Assembly: GCA_037447605.1 (NCBI GenBank)
Contig: CM074806.1
Coordinates: forward strand, 3,782,001 to 3,846,000
Reading direction: 5' to 3'
DNA: 64,000 nt
Source: Zygnema circumcarinatum SAG 698-1b
Lineage: Eukaryota; Plantae; Zygnematophyceae
This document shows positions 23,991 to 50,363 of the stretch, piece by piece. How positions within the stretch are numbered: position 1 is the stretch's first letter; every line of letters begins with the position of its first letter. The translations under genes and the position numbers were made by a program. The notes under the pieces are model-generated. The model ran no database searches. It was not told the origin of the DNA and saw only the letters and a program-made list of their open reading frames with translations.

Positions 23991-24459
23991 ATTTTCCGCG
24001 GCCCTCTCCCGGGGGGTGGGACAGGTAGGGCAGAGTCCCCCGCGTTGTCCTGGAAGGCCTCCTTCCCTCCCTGTCCCCCCTTCTCCCTCCATCTCCACTC
24101 TGGCCACTCCTCCCCTCCTCCTGCCTCCCTCCCTACCTACCTCCCTCCCTACCTACCTCCCTCCCTCCCCGCTCGCTCTGCTCCTTCCAGCAGCATCTGT
24201 AAGGTTCTCGAGGCGGAGGAGTCGTAAAGCTTCCTGCGAGGCCATCCGTGCGTACGTGTGTCCCTGCTGCAATGTGGCAGAGAGAGCCACCGCTTTCCGA
24301 GGGGGATGGAGTGGCTGGGTGCGGATTGCTGGTCGAGGGGACGGGGGCCTAAGGGAAGTGTGCAGTTAGCAGGCTTTGATCGCAGCAGTGCGAGTCTCGC
24401 TTAGCAGATCGGGTTCCGTGCTGTCTTAGGGTTTCCCATAGTTTTTGTAGGGTTTGGAG

Positions 24460-27400
24460 ATGACGGGCTCAATGTGGAGGAAGGATTCTCGGACGGAGCA
24501 TGGGAAGGCTGCCGTGGTGGAGCCTGCGAGAGCAGTTGCAGACAGGCAGGGCGTTCCTAAGGACTTGGAGGCGCGCCTGCACTTGGCATGGCTGCGCTCG
24601 CAGCTCAATGCTGTCATCTCCAAAGCAGACATTTCAGGTAATGCGGGCACGTCAATGCTCTGTCTCTGCTTATTGAACTGACCTCGAGGTGAAGACTAGA
24701 TATGTCAGTTATTTTTTCCTTATTTTTGCATATGCACTGACGTTGATTCTTCCAGGTTGCGTCTGGAAAGGCATTTTTTTGAGGCCTGGCGATTTCTGGT
24801 GTTCGTTGATATTCACCCGTGAATTGTACTAAAAGGGAATGCCTTTGCTTGAGATGTTGTGGGATCATTTGCCAATATTTCTCTCGCATTGAGTGTTGGA
24901 TTTTTTGCGATGACGTGGGCTTTTTTGCGTGTGGAAATTTTGAAATACAGCACTTTAACATATTGTTCACAGTATGACTATTCTGCAAGCAGGAACATGC
25001 TGTTGGGTTCATTATTTGAATCCACACAATCCTTTAACGCAGTGTGATTCTGACTTACGGACACTAGAGGCTAGCAGCCACTGTACACATGTATGAAACT
25101 CATGTATCAGTATCGATCACTTAGTAAGCGCCACTTCTTGTTGTACTTGCTGTTCCAGAAGCGGTTTTTCCACAAAGAATTTGACGTGTTTGCGCCTTAA
25201 TTTTTTTTCTCTAGGTGGAGGAAACATTAGCCGGAACCGAGCAAGCAAAGCAGCTGAACAGGAGGCGAGTCGATGTAGTGACCCAGTTCAGCCGGGGCCA
25301 ATTAATGAGTCGTTCTCCATCCTTGCAGCTCAGCAAGTTCCTGCTTCCAGTGCTCCCACCCTCCATTCCACCAATAATGCCGATGTGAATCACTCCCTTG
25401 AGGCCCCTTCGAGAGGTTTATCGGTGGAAGAGCGGGTTCGATCAGACTTAAACCCTCGGATCCATGACCTCTGGAATGCAGTGGGATCTGGGTCACCTAT
25501 ATCCAGGGGCAGCAATGATTCAGCCGAGCAGTCGTATACTTTGCATGCTGACTCACATCACGATTCGCTCGTGGTAAACCTCATTTATAAGGAAGCAAAC
25601 ATGAACTTTGATTTGACGGAGGAGGACCTGTTTAAGGGTTTGGAAGATTTGAGTGGTGCCTTTGGGGAGCTGGAAGAGCTGCTTCCAGATGGGCCTGGAG
25701 GCTTTGTCTCCCCTGCTCTTGCAGCTCACGATAAAAAGGACATTCCTCCTGAGAACAATGTGCAGAACAACGTGACTTTGGAGCAAAGGACTTTCCTACA
25801 GGAACTCGTTGATGAGCAGGGTGATGTTTTGGAGGCAGGCAGGAAATGGAATGGGATTTCTGCTCCTCCTGCTAGAGACCTTGATAAAGTACCCTCTCTC
25901 CCAGCAGTGAGGAACAACAGGCATCCAAGGCTTCTCCCTGAAGGGGCTGCAAGTCAGCAACAAAGAGGCTCGTTGAAAAGGTCTCTCTACAAGCAGACAG
26001 AGGAGTCTTCAACAGCAGATAGCTCGAGTGTAGAACGTCGGGCTGTTCCGCGAACTAATGGGGCTCAAGCGGGAGCTCAGGCAGCAGCCATGGCGGGAGC
26101 TTCTGCAGCTGCTACAGTTAAGGCTCAAGGAGTAAATCCCATTGAATTGTTGGTAGCTGTGGCCCAAGCCATCGTGAAGAGGGATCAGACTGCTGCCCAC
26201 AAGCTGCTGGGACAGCTTTTCAATGTGGCGTCTATCTACGGAGATGCATCGCAGAGGCTCTCTGCGTACTTTCTTGAGGGGCTCACAGCGAGAATTTCGG
26301 GTGAGATGCCAAGGGATCATATGGCGCTTATCCAGCCTGTGGATTACAAGGTGCCCAATTGCACACACAACATCATGGAGGCGTTCCAAGTGCGTTTCTG
26401 AACTCCCTGCGAGCTTTTGCACATGTTAAGCTTGTGAAAGGACTAGCGAAGATTAGGATGTAGCATCGTAACTTGAGGTTTTGTCATATTCTGGCTTACC
26501 TTGCCAACAAGGCGGCACAGGAAGGAAACTAACCCTAAAGATCCCTTCCAAAGGTCTTACATAAATCATTCTTTCGCGTGGGAGTGTTTTCTGCAGTCTT
26601 TAATGGCATCCACACCGTACCTCACCTTCGGCCAGGTGACCGTGAACTGCGCAATTTTGGAGTCCTTTGTGGGAGTTGAGAAGGTCCATATTGTTGACTT
26701 TGGAATCGGCCATGGCCTCCAGTGGCCTCCTCTCTTCCAGGCCCTCTCTGCTCGGCCGGGAGGTCCCCCTCTTGTGAGGATGACTGCAATCGACCTTCCC
26801 TCCCATGGCACCCGGCGAGCTTACTGCATTGAGGAGACGGGCGAGCGGCTGAAGGTGAGTCGGCAGACGCTCCTCAAAACTTGGAAAATCTGAAAGTGTC
26901 TGAAAAAATAAAGTATATGGCAGTTATTACATCCAACAAAGGATTATTAACACCTGATATGAAGATTTTTTAAAAGGTTAAAAGGTTAAAAGGTTCATAG
27001 ATCTTGTAAGAACTTAGCGCAGCCAGTTTCTGGACAGGATTAAATAGACCGGGTCCTGCAACTAAAAGACCAAGAGAAGAAAAATTGGAGGACAGGTTGC
27101 CGTTGCTCCCTGGAAAGAATGTGAATTCAATATAGTTTGACGGTAAATTTACTCTTTTATAGTATGTTTTCACATAAGAATGTCACCATCTTCGGAGATC
27201 TTCTTGAAATGGATTTTGTTTCAGTGCCCGAGTCTCACTTAACTGGACAGAAGAAAATTATGTGGGAACGTAATACCCCTCCATCACCATCACGGTTGGA
27301 ACATGTCCTCCGAATGAATGGGACCTAAGACAGTTATATTTTCTGGTCATCTTATGACCGTGAATCATTCAAAAGAACTCGTTGCATATATCAGTTGATT

Positions 27401-28310
27401 AACCGGGTCTCTGGATATCTGTTTCTCTCGTTGCAGGCTATAGCTTGGACATATAACATTGCTTTGGAGTATCATCCTATTCCCTCCCGTTTAGAAAATG
27501 TCCTCCCTGAACGGATAAACTTATATGATGATGAAGTGTTGGCAGTGAACTGCTCACTTCGGCTTCATCAGCTTTTGGATGAGACCGCGACGCCCACCAA
27601 TCCTCGAAGTATAGTTTTGCGTACAATAAGAGCTCTTAAACCCAAAATATTTACAGTCGTGGAACAGCATACAAACCATAACTCGCCCTTCTTTCTTGCA
27701 CGCTTTTATGAAGCCCTGTACTACTATGCTGGCCTGTTCGACTCTGTGGATGCATCTGTCCCAGCCTACAGTCCGGAACGACTTGTTTTTGAGCAGCAGG
27801 TTTTGGGGAGGTCCATTGTAAACTGCATTGCCAACGAAGGAGTAAATCGAGTTGAGAGACAGGAGTGCTTTGGCCACTGGCAGGCAAGAATGCAGAAAGC
27901 TGGGTTTCGGCAGCGACTTTTGAGTGCAAATGTGGCAGGCATCGCGCATGAGCTTCTGAAGACGTGAGACTTCCCAGCACCCTTTTGCCGCCTTTCCTTT
28001 CCTTTCCTTTCATGGTTCTCTATCTGATTTGTAGAAGTTGCCAACTCTTCCATACAGTTTCACCGAGAATGTGTGCGAGTTTGGGAAAGACTCTCAGTTT
28101 GGAGGGCTATCACGGGCATGATTGAGATGACGGTCTTCCTCGCTACTTGTATGACAAGACGAGTGTGTTGGTACGCCTTATTGCAGATACCATAATGGAT
28201 ATGGTCTCCGGTTATATGAGGCAGACGGTCTCCTTCTGACTTGGCAGAACATGCCTCTCCTCTGCGTATCCACATGGGAGCCGGATGATGTTGGAGGTGG
28301 ATGCCGATAG
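24460..28310 (+). CDS. GRAS-domain transcriptional regulator, copy 2 (exons 24460-24637, 25215-26389, 26597-26854, 27437-27963, 28187-28310)
   Basis: ELLVAVAQAI...[18 protein letters not shown]; [20 protein letters not shown]...VHIVDFGIGHGLQWPPLFQALSARPGGPP; [23 protein letters not shown]; RVERQE; GLLLTWQNMPLLCVSTW. Intron positions match copy 1. Confidence 0.95.
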
Positions 28311-30279
28311 AAGCGGCGAGCAGTCATGGCCCATCCCACCTAAGTGGGCCCATGCCCGTTGTCGGAAGGATCGAGCATTGAATCACATAGATTTTGGTAA
28401 CTTAGTCTTCACACCCTCCCTGTATGCGATGTGAAGGTGCCTTTGATCCTTCTTTTTCTCTGCCGGCAACGTTTTTATCGCAGGGGAAAGTACGAGAGAA
28501 AGCCCTAAAGAGGCCTTGCTGCAGTTGCACTGTTCTTAAAGAAAGTGACACTTTTCAACTTCTGATGGTTCTTATGGTGTTTGTTGTTGTGAAGGGCATT
28601 ATCAACAGCCCCATCGGGCGAAGGCTGAGCTGCGCGTCCTTCATAGAGTCTGAGTTTCGCCAGCTTTGCTGTGTCGCTACCCCAACTGTGCTTGTGCCGT
28701 GCGCAGAGCCGTGGGATTAGGCTCGCCCTTGATGCCCTCTGCACGTGACAACTGTCCAGTCCCTCGTGTCCAGTCCGTTTGTAAATTGTCGCCGCACTTT
28801 AAAAGGAACTCTCAACTGTGTCATCATCCAACTGCACTGAACTGTGCTGCGACTTCGACTCCAGGAGTTCAGCGAACACATCTGAAGTAGCCCGCCCTTG
28901 CAAGTGCAATGCAGCTGGTAAGGATTTAGTTTTACTGTTGGGGACTTGTAGAAAGCTTCTTGGCTTTGTTTTTGTAATTGCTAGAGATGCCTCAGCGGTT
29001 AGCCTGTGCGCAGGAACCACCTTTTTTGGAAAAGAGAGTACAAGATTGTGGGGGTTACGCGCCTTCTGCAGCTGGGTCGTGTGTAGCGGATGTAGGCCGT
29101 AGGATTGACGACCAAAAAACTAAAAATGATAAATGAAAATGGTCCTAAATGATCCTATTTGTATTATGGAAGAATGAAAATGTATTTGCCTGATGACGGT
29201 GTGCTGGTTGTTTCTAGAATTCTAAGAGTTTGTGTTTGTATATGATCCTAGTGTTGTTCTTTAGTCATAGTCACTAGTCTTTGGACCTCACATAAAAAAT
29301 ACCTCACACTATCTCCCATTCTCTCTGGAAATTTAACCTCTTTAATGCGCCTCATTGCGTGGCGCTAGTCCCATCAGGCAGGCGGTTGGCTGCACACGGT
29401 TCAAGTTCAGCACTTGGAAAAACTTCGTCGTGGAGATCGACCCCCCTTCCTCCCCCCCCCCTCGGTCTGCACCTCCAAAGGCTCAAGTTTTCGACCCGCG
29501 GAGGCGCAAACCGAGTGGGCGAGTTTTTTGGCGAAAACCTGCGAGCGAAGTTTTCCAACTTGCTCCAACCGGTTGAACTTCAACCGTCAGCGTGCGCAAG
29601 CTGGCTGGATGGAACTTGGAAGGAGGAGGGGCGCCGCAATTCTCGCGACTAGCACCAACCAGAACGCGCCACGTGGACTCCACGTGGCACCAATCAAACA
29701 GCGAATGGGGAGGTAGGCTGCAAAATGTTTGGAGTGCCCGAGGACTTGACGCGGTCTGACGTGCCACGTGTTGGCGTCTCGTAGTTGACGTTTCGTTAGT
29801 TTACCCCATTTTTCTATTCGGGTGTGAAGGAGAGACCGAATTTCGAGAGGCTCATTTAACCTCCCCCGCCTCCAGCAGTGCAACTTTTCGCACGTGCTAA
29901 ATGACATAAAAAAAGTTGACCCGGTCAGCAAAAGTTGAAGAAGGACGATCCCTGAGGACTAGTGGAATAGAGGGCCAAAGTTCAAGGAACTCGAATCACG
30001 AGTGGACTCCAGCCCTCGGTCAGAGGGGCCAAGGCCAGCCAAGACTTCGAGATTCTAATGTCCGATCATGTGAGATTCTGCAGTTCAATATCTGCCGGCC
30101 GCATCTCTTTGAGATTTCACCGTTCACAATAAGCGCTGGATACGCGCAGCAGTATCGAATTTCACCACCGTCATTGATTCGATCTTTACTTGCACGGGAG
30201 ATCTTACGCCTTAAATATTCAGATTTTACCTGACGTGGCATTCCTCTTTTGCGATACGAGGTGAATCTTGAAAGATCTT

Positions 30280-31060
30280 TTCGTATCAACCAATCGTTTG
30301 TCTGTTAGTGCCAATCTCCAGCTGATCGCCGCCATGCCACGTGGGCTCGGCCAATATACGAGCGCCGCCTGCCCAAAAGATGTTGTCGGCGAAGTTTGTC
30401 ACGGCCTGTTCGCAAACAAGACCTTTTCTCCGAGCAGCGACCACCGTGCCACGTGTCTACACGACGGGCGGCGTGACCACGTCATCCCTGTGCTGGCGCC
30501 CCCGCTCCCAATCCCGCGGCGCACCATCCGGCGCCGGTCAACGGACGGTCCCGATCGCCCGCTCTTGAATGACGCCCGCCCGGCCACCCGACGGAGGCCG
30601 AATCGACGGCTGCGATCGACTCTTCTGTCTCCGTCTCGCCGATCCGGGCGCGCGGATCCTTCGTACGGCACAACTCCCGACAAAACGACCGTACGTATGT
30701 CTGCCGCGGATACTTGCCGCCCGCCCTCCTACTCCTGGCAGGCCCGGGCGGCACTTTGTCCCTTTTCAACCGCTTCGTACAGATTCCTTCTTTCGCCAGC
30801 CCACCGTCCGTACGGCTGGCCCTCCCGCGCGACTGCCAGCTCCGCCCGCTTGCGTCCGTACATATGTTCGTACGTTTACCGTACGGCCTCCCGCGCCCGT
30901 ATTCCGGGGGGCCCCTTGGCGCGGTCCAATCATCCGTACGATGCTGCGCGCCGCGCCGGCCGGTGCCGGCCAGTCGCTTTTCCGCCGGCCGGCGACAGCG
31001 ACCGGCGGGTCCGCCCTCTTATTTCTTGGGTCCGCCACCGGCGGCCGGCAATTTTTTTTT
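30280..31060. promoter_or_regulatory. CpG/GTAC-rich promoter island upstream of the single-pass RLK
   Basis: Multiple CCGTACG/TCGTAC and CACGTG motifs, same composition as the other islands. Confidence 0.45.
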
Positions 31061-32172
31061 TTTTTTTGTTTTTTTGAAAAAAATGATTTCAACTCTGGTG
31101 ACGGGCTACTCGGCGCGCGCCTCGTGGCAGGGGTCGGTCGGCTCTTTGGAGGCGGGCCGGGCGGTTCGCGGAGGGAGGGAGGGAGGGAGGGAGGGAGGGA
31201 GCGAGGCGAGGGGTCTCTTTCACTCGAGCAGGGCAGCCATGGCAGCCGCCGCCTGCGACCGGGCGGGGAGGGCGGGCAGCGCGAGAAGGGCCTCGGGGAG
31301 GCGGTGAGGTGGCCATGGCTTTGGCGCGGCTGAAGGATGGGGCGGCGGCTCGGGCGGGACTTGGATCGGCTGAGGAGAGGGGGGGCGGGAGGGGGCAGGC
31401 GGTTTGATGGACGCGTGTAGGGCGGCGAGGTGAGGTCGAATAGGGCGGTATTGAGTGATTTTACTATTGCTTTTTTTTCTTGTGTGCTGTTTGGCATTTG
31501 TAAGGGACAGGGTGTCGTTTGCCCAGTTCTTGTAGGGTCCGTTTTTTTGAATTGCGTTTGAATCACTGCGAGGGAGAGGCTGCATTTGCAATGTTTGATT
31601 TGCTGACGCTCACTCACGAATGTACATCCTTCGAAGCGTGTAGCTTGAGGAGCAGGAGGAGCGGCTGGAGAGATGTTCTTATCTTGTGAATGAGAGAGAG
31701 AGAGAAAAAGAGGGAGAGAGAGTGGGGGAGAGAAAGAGGAAGGCGGGCCATGAGAATGATGATGCTAGTGGAAGGAAAGACAAGCTTTCTTTCTTGCTGT
31801 CCGCATTCAGTTCAGCTTGAGAGTCTCACGCTTTGTCCACAATTTCTTTTTGCCAGACTCCGACCGCCCGCTGTTGCTGGTTTTGAGTGCGTACATATGG
31901 GGACATTGATCAGCAAACGCTCAATAAGATAGGGATCGATAAATAACATCGTTAGTTTATGTATTAATAAAGTATATATATAATGACATAATTAGTTTTA
32001 GGATGCAACTAACAGCATTAATGAATCGTTAGAATGAGTAGAGCTCCGCCTTTATATTCCTTCCAAGTATAATCCTTTAGGTCCCATCACCATTTGTAGG
32101 AATTCTTACATTACATCAGTATAAAGCCTTCTTCTATAAAGAGTCAGTGACCCCATCAGCTAGGCAGCAGAA

Positions 32173-35787
<3,615 letters not shown>

Positions 35788-36274
35788 CCGAGAAATGGTA
35801 CCACAAGTGGTGCTATGTAATGTTGTGACAGGTATTTGGCAAACAAAAGTTTGGCACGCGGGTCTTGGCTCAGTTCTTACCCTTTTCCCCCTTTTTGCAC
35901 TGAGGTTCAGCCTCTTGTTCTCTCCCCGTTTGATTGCCCAAACAGTCTTTTATCGGCTGCTGGGTTTTCTGCTTGTGTGAAAGCCTGCCAACATAGGGCT
36001 CCCATTCAAAAGTATAAGGTGTAACATAGGCTGAAATAAACTGGTAGCCTGCCTGAACATTGTTGTTTGTGGTGCGTTCAGTCTATCGTACACCTGGTTT
36101 GGAAGTTGCAAACCGTAGTGATTACACTATGTATTCGATTTTCTGGAATTGAATTGAAAGGAAGCTTTGCGACGCTATGATCTCTAAATTTCCTAGGGGC
36201 TCATTCTCGGGGTCCTACTCGAACTAAAAGCACACCATTTTCAAACTGTCTTAAACGCACTTCTCTCTTGTCTC

Positions 36275-39082
36275 CTATGGCCTCCCCTTCTTTCCTGAGC
36301 CTGCCTTCCCCCTTGATGGCCTTCCGAACGTCCCTCCTCCACGCTTCGCTGCTCCCCCCCTCCCTCGTCCTGGGCCCCCCATAGCGAGTGTCCTCCCCCC
36401 ACCAGCTTCTATCGCCTGCATGGCTGCCGAAGCCTTTTGAGCAAACTTTCTTGCAGCTACCGCTGGTCTCTTCCCACTTTTCCCTTTTCCCATCCCTCCC
36501 CTAACAGCTTCTAGCACGCTTTGAGTGCTCCTCTCCCTATTTCCTCTGCCAAACCCTCCACCTTCACCTCCTGCTTTCGGAACAGTACCAATTTCCTTCA
36601 CTGCCTTTCCACCTGGTTTCCCCGATCGGAGCCCTTCCCATGGTTGGCGCTTCACTTTAGTTTTCATGTTTGCATCGTCATTTTCGGATCCAACCCCTCC
36701 TTGCATCTCCTCCTGCGATTTCCGCCTCTCATAGCCGTCCTGTACAACAGGCGGTTGCGGAGCCGCCACATTCTTTTGGGCTGCCCCAGGGATCGGCCTG
36801 GTTATTCTCAGCAGCCGATCACGAAGTTTAATGTCCATTGTGTTCAGAGCGTTCCTTGCCGCCTTCTGCTCTCCCATTCATATAAGAAATCAGGTAAGTT
36901 TGATCAGCCCAGGCTACCTTGGTCAGAGACCTTATGAGTCCACGAGCCTTAAGGAAAATAAGTGCGGATCCAGTCTTTCCCGTGGGTCACTTTTTACAAA
37001 AAGAAATACGAGCATCTTACCTTCGTCTTGAAAAGCACAAAGGCGATACCACGCCCCAGATTTGAATGGCGGTCTCGTATCACTCTCACTGCCTCTACCA
37101 CATCCTTCTCCTCCAACGCTTCAAGATTTCCAAATAACTGATACAGCTCCTCCTCCTGTTGCACATGATAGAAATCGTTAAATCAAAACAGCCTGCGGCC
37201 TCAAAACTTGCCTCGTCAAACCATGAAAGCTGCCGCACCTAGAAAGATGTATGTAGTGCAGGTGCTCGACAACGAGTAAAGCTACCTCCACATCGTAAGG
37301 AAGATTCCCGATGAAGACGGAGCGTGTACGATCGTACTCTGTGACTGCTGCTGTTGTAGCTTCAGCGCCACTACTTGGGGCTGCATGGTCCACGCGAATA
37401 TGGTGACCAAAAAGCTGCAAAGGGAAGGAGCTGCAGGAAAGTTACAGGACAGCGACTTTAACAACTTCTGTGGCTTTTTGTGAGCCAATCATTAGGCAGC
37501 TTATCATGCACCATCACTCTTCCGAAGCCTCAAACACCTCCACTTTTCCTCCTGTTGAACATCAGCACAGCTCATCCTTCTCAGCAACAAAAACATCTAA
37601 ATTAATTAAATTTGGCCGTCACATTTCAGGTCACGTGCTGGGCTTATGCCACACCACTAGGCAGATCCACTTTCGAATGCCGTAATCCTCGTTTCTTCCC
37701 CAAAGGGAGAAAGACCGACCTCTTTCCCATTATGTTGAAGAGCAGCTGTGGCTGATTCCTCCTCTTTAAAGACCAAATAAGCATTACAGCTGGAAAACCA
37801 TCCGACCAAGGGGAAAATTCGAAGAACGGCATCAGACGACATAAGCATGCGACTCTGAATTACATTCGATTTCAGAAAGCTTATCCCCTTTTGCAGCCGT
37901 TCAGCTGTGATGAAAAATGGAACACTCCCCGCTAAAGAATTGCTGCTCCCCACTACACACACCTTTTACGAACTTCGCTGAGTTGGCCAACAATGACTGC
38001 CGCCTTCCTCGGCATTTTTGTCTTCACACAGCAAACAACAAAAGCGATAGGACGAGGGTGAGGCTGAGCGGTTTCTATAAGTGGTTTGCCTTTCTGTAAA
38101 CTTCACATTACTAGTAACAACTGGTTTACAGAACCGAAACATTCCAAAAGCCTTGAAAACTCTATTTCACTTAAGTGCCTGTAGTACCTCACGTAAACAG
38201 TCAAACAAACCTTTTCAATAGACACTGACGATCCTACATAGCTTGTGTTTGATTGTGACAATTAACAATTGTAACGAGCTAAGCAAAACTAAAACAAAGC
38301 TTCGAGTTACGATCCCTTGAAGCATAATGCAGACTCATTCACCGCTAGCATTGAGAGGTATGAGCTTGAAACAAAAAAGGATGAACAGTACCGGGTGAAT
38401 CTAAGGAAATTTCATTATTTCAAACATGAAAACTGTAAACTTGAAAAAAGAAAATTGTTCGGATTTGACGACAACGACAACTGGCGGAACACGTAGGCCG
38501 TTGAAATGAGGATTGTCGGAAGCTCACAAGAGCTCAACTCTAAGGGCGAGTTCACGGCCGTGAAATTATTGAATTGCTACTATTTGGGTTTTAAAGAATG
38601 CAAAATTAAAAAGCTGAAAGCTGAAGAGGCTCAACACATGTAGTCTCAACGGAGCACGACTGAGCGCGTTTCTCGACCGGGAAAGCCCTCCGTAACTCAA
38701 AGCAAAGAAACGATATGTCACAAAGTCAACAACCCTAAAAACTGCCTATTCGCAAAGCCCAATTGCCGGTGCTGACCTCTGCCAGGGGCACGGAGCGAAT
38801 CCTGAGCGACTCCACCGTCCCGAACTGCGTAAACTCCCTCACAATAGCCTTCTTCTTCGCCGACTTGGGTAGGTTTCCCAAAAATACCGTCCTACGAAGT
38901 CGCTGGGCCTCTTCCTCCGGCGTCTCCCTCTCCCTCTCGCTCTCCCTCTTCTTCTCCAGCACCTCTTTCCGTCTACCACCCTCTTCATCGCTGCTATCCT
39001 CTTCAAAATCCCTCTTCCTCTTCCTCCTGCCGCCCACGCGCGCTTCTGGAGACGCCATGTGGCGCTTCAAGCTGCCCTCCAT
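36275..39082 (-). CDS. Two-RRM nucleolar RNA-binding protein, RBM34/Nop12-like (start uncertain)
   Basis: RRTVFLGNLP...FGTVESLRIRSVP, KMPRKAAVI, NAYLVFKEEESATAAL, GHHIRVD, RSVFIGNLPYDV, VEAVRVIRD...GRGIAFVLFK, and a Lys/Gly/Arg-rich C-terminal tail. Confidence 0.85.
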
Positions 39083-39239
39083 GGCTGCCACCCTCTCCTC
39101 CAGAAGCCCTCTCTCCCCGTCCCCCTCCCAGCTCCCTTCTGCACATTTCCCGCTCCATGATCCCAAAACCAGTTCTGTTCAAACTACAGTTTATATTTTT
39201 CTCAAAATCTAGTTTACGGTTTCCCGTGTGAATCTCGGC

Positions 39240-39800
39240 GGTCGTGCTTTCATTTCGACGGGACTGAGAACAGCGTGCATATAACTTCCCGGCTCCTGCC
39301 GGCCGGCCGGTAGCCGTCCCCAAGTAGCGTCCCCGGCAGAACGTACCGGAAATCTAGCAGCTTACCGCCTGCCCATCGACGTCCTTCCAGGTGTCCCTCA
39401 CCATTCCCTACGCGTCCCCTGAACGAGTACCCGGTCGGGCCCGTCAGTGCAACTTTTTCCGGTCGTGGCCGCGCGAACCGGCGGAGGCGCTTTCCGCCGT
39501 ACGGTTTTGTACCGTACGGTCGGGTCCGGTCCCGTCCGGTCTGCCGCCCGGCGTTGTCCGACCAAGAAAGCGGGTAACCGACACGGACTGCCGCCAGTTC
39601 CATGACCAATCTCCGACTGTTCTCGTACAGTTACCGTCGCCTTCAACAGGTGCAGTGTCGGTGGAGAGCGGCCGGCACGCGACTGTTGTCACTGCTCTGC
39701 CAACGAGGACTTGCCACGTGGCAAATGCATTATGTGTACGGATGATTGCTGGCCAATGGGGGAAATGCCGTACATATGCTGATCGTACGAAGTACGGTCC
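39240..39800. promoter_or_regulatory. Bidirectional promoter island between RBM34-like and LRR-RLK genes
   Basis: Between divergent starts; CCGTACGG twice near 39495-39520, further GTAC sites and CACGTG. Confidence 0.55.
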
Positions 39801-39920
39801 TGTGCAGTACAAATAGGCTGCCGTCTTTTGATTTTTCATTTTTTCTCTCTCACTCTCACTCGCCCCTCTCTCTCTCTCTGTCTCTCTCTCTCTATGCGCG
39901 CGCTGCCCGCTGTCGGGAAT

Positions 39921-50363
<10,443 letters not shown>

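Noticed and set aside
18646-28310. DELLA or miR171-targeted HAM assignment for the GRAS genes
   Set aside because: No DELLA/TVHYNP motifs and no miR171 site seen; the subfamily needs a phylogeny.
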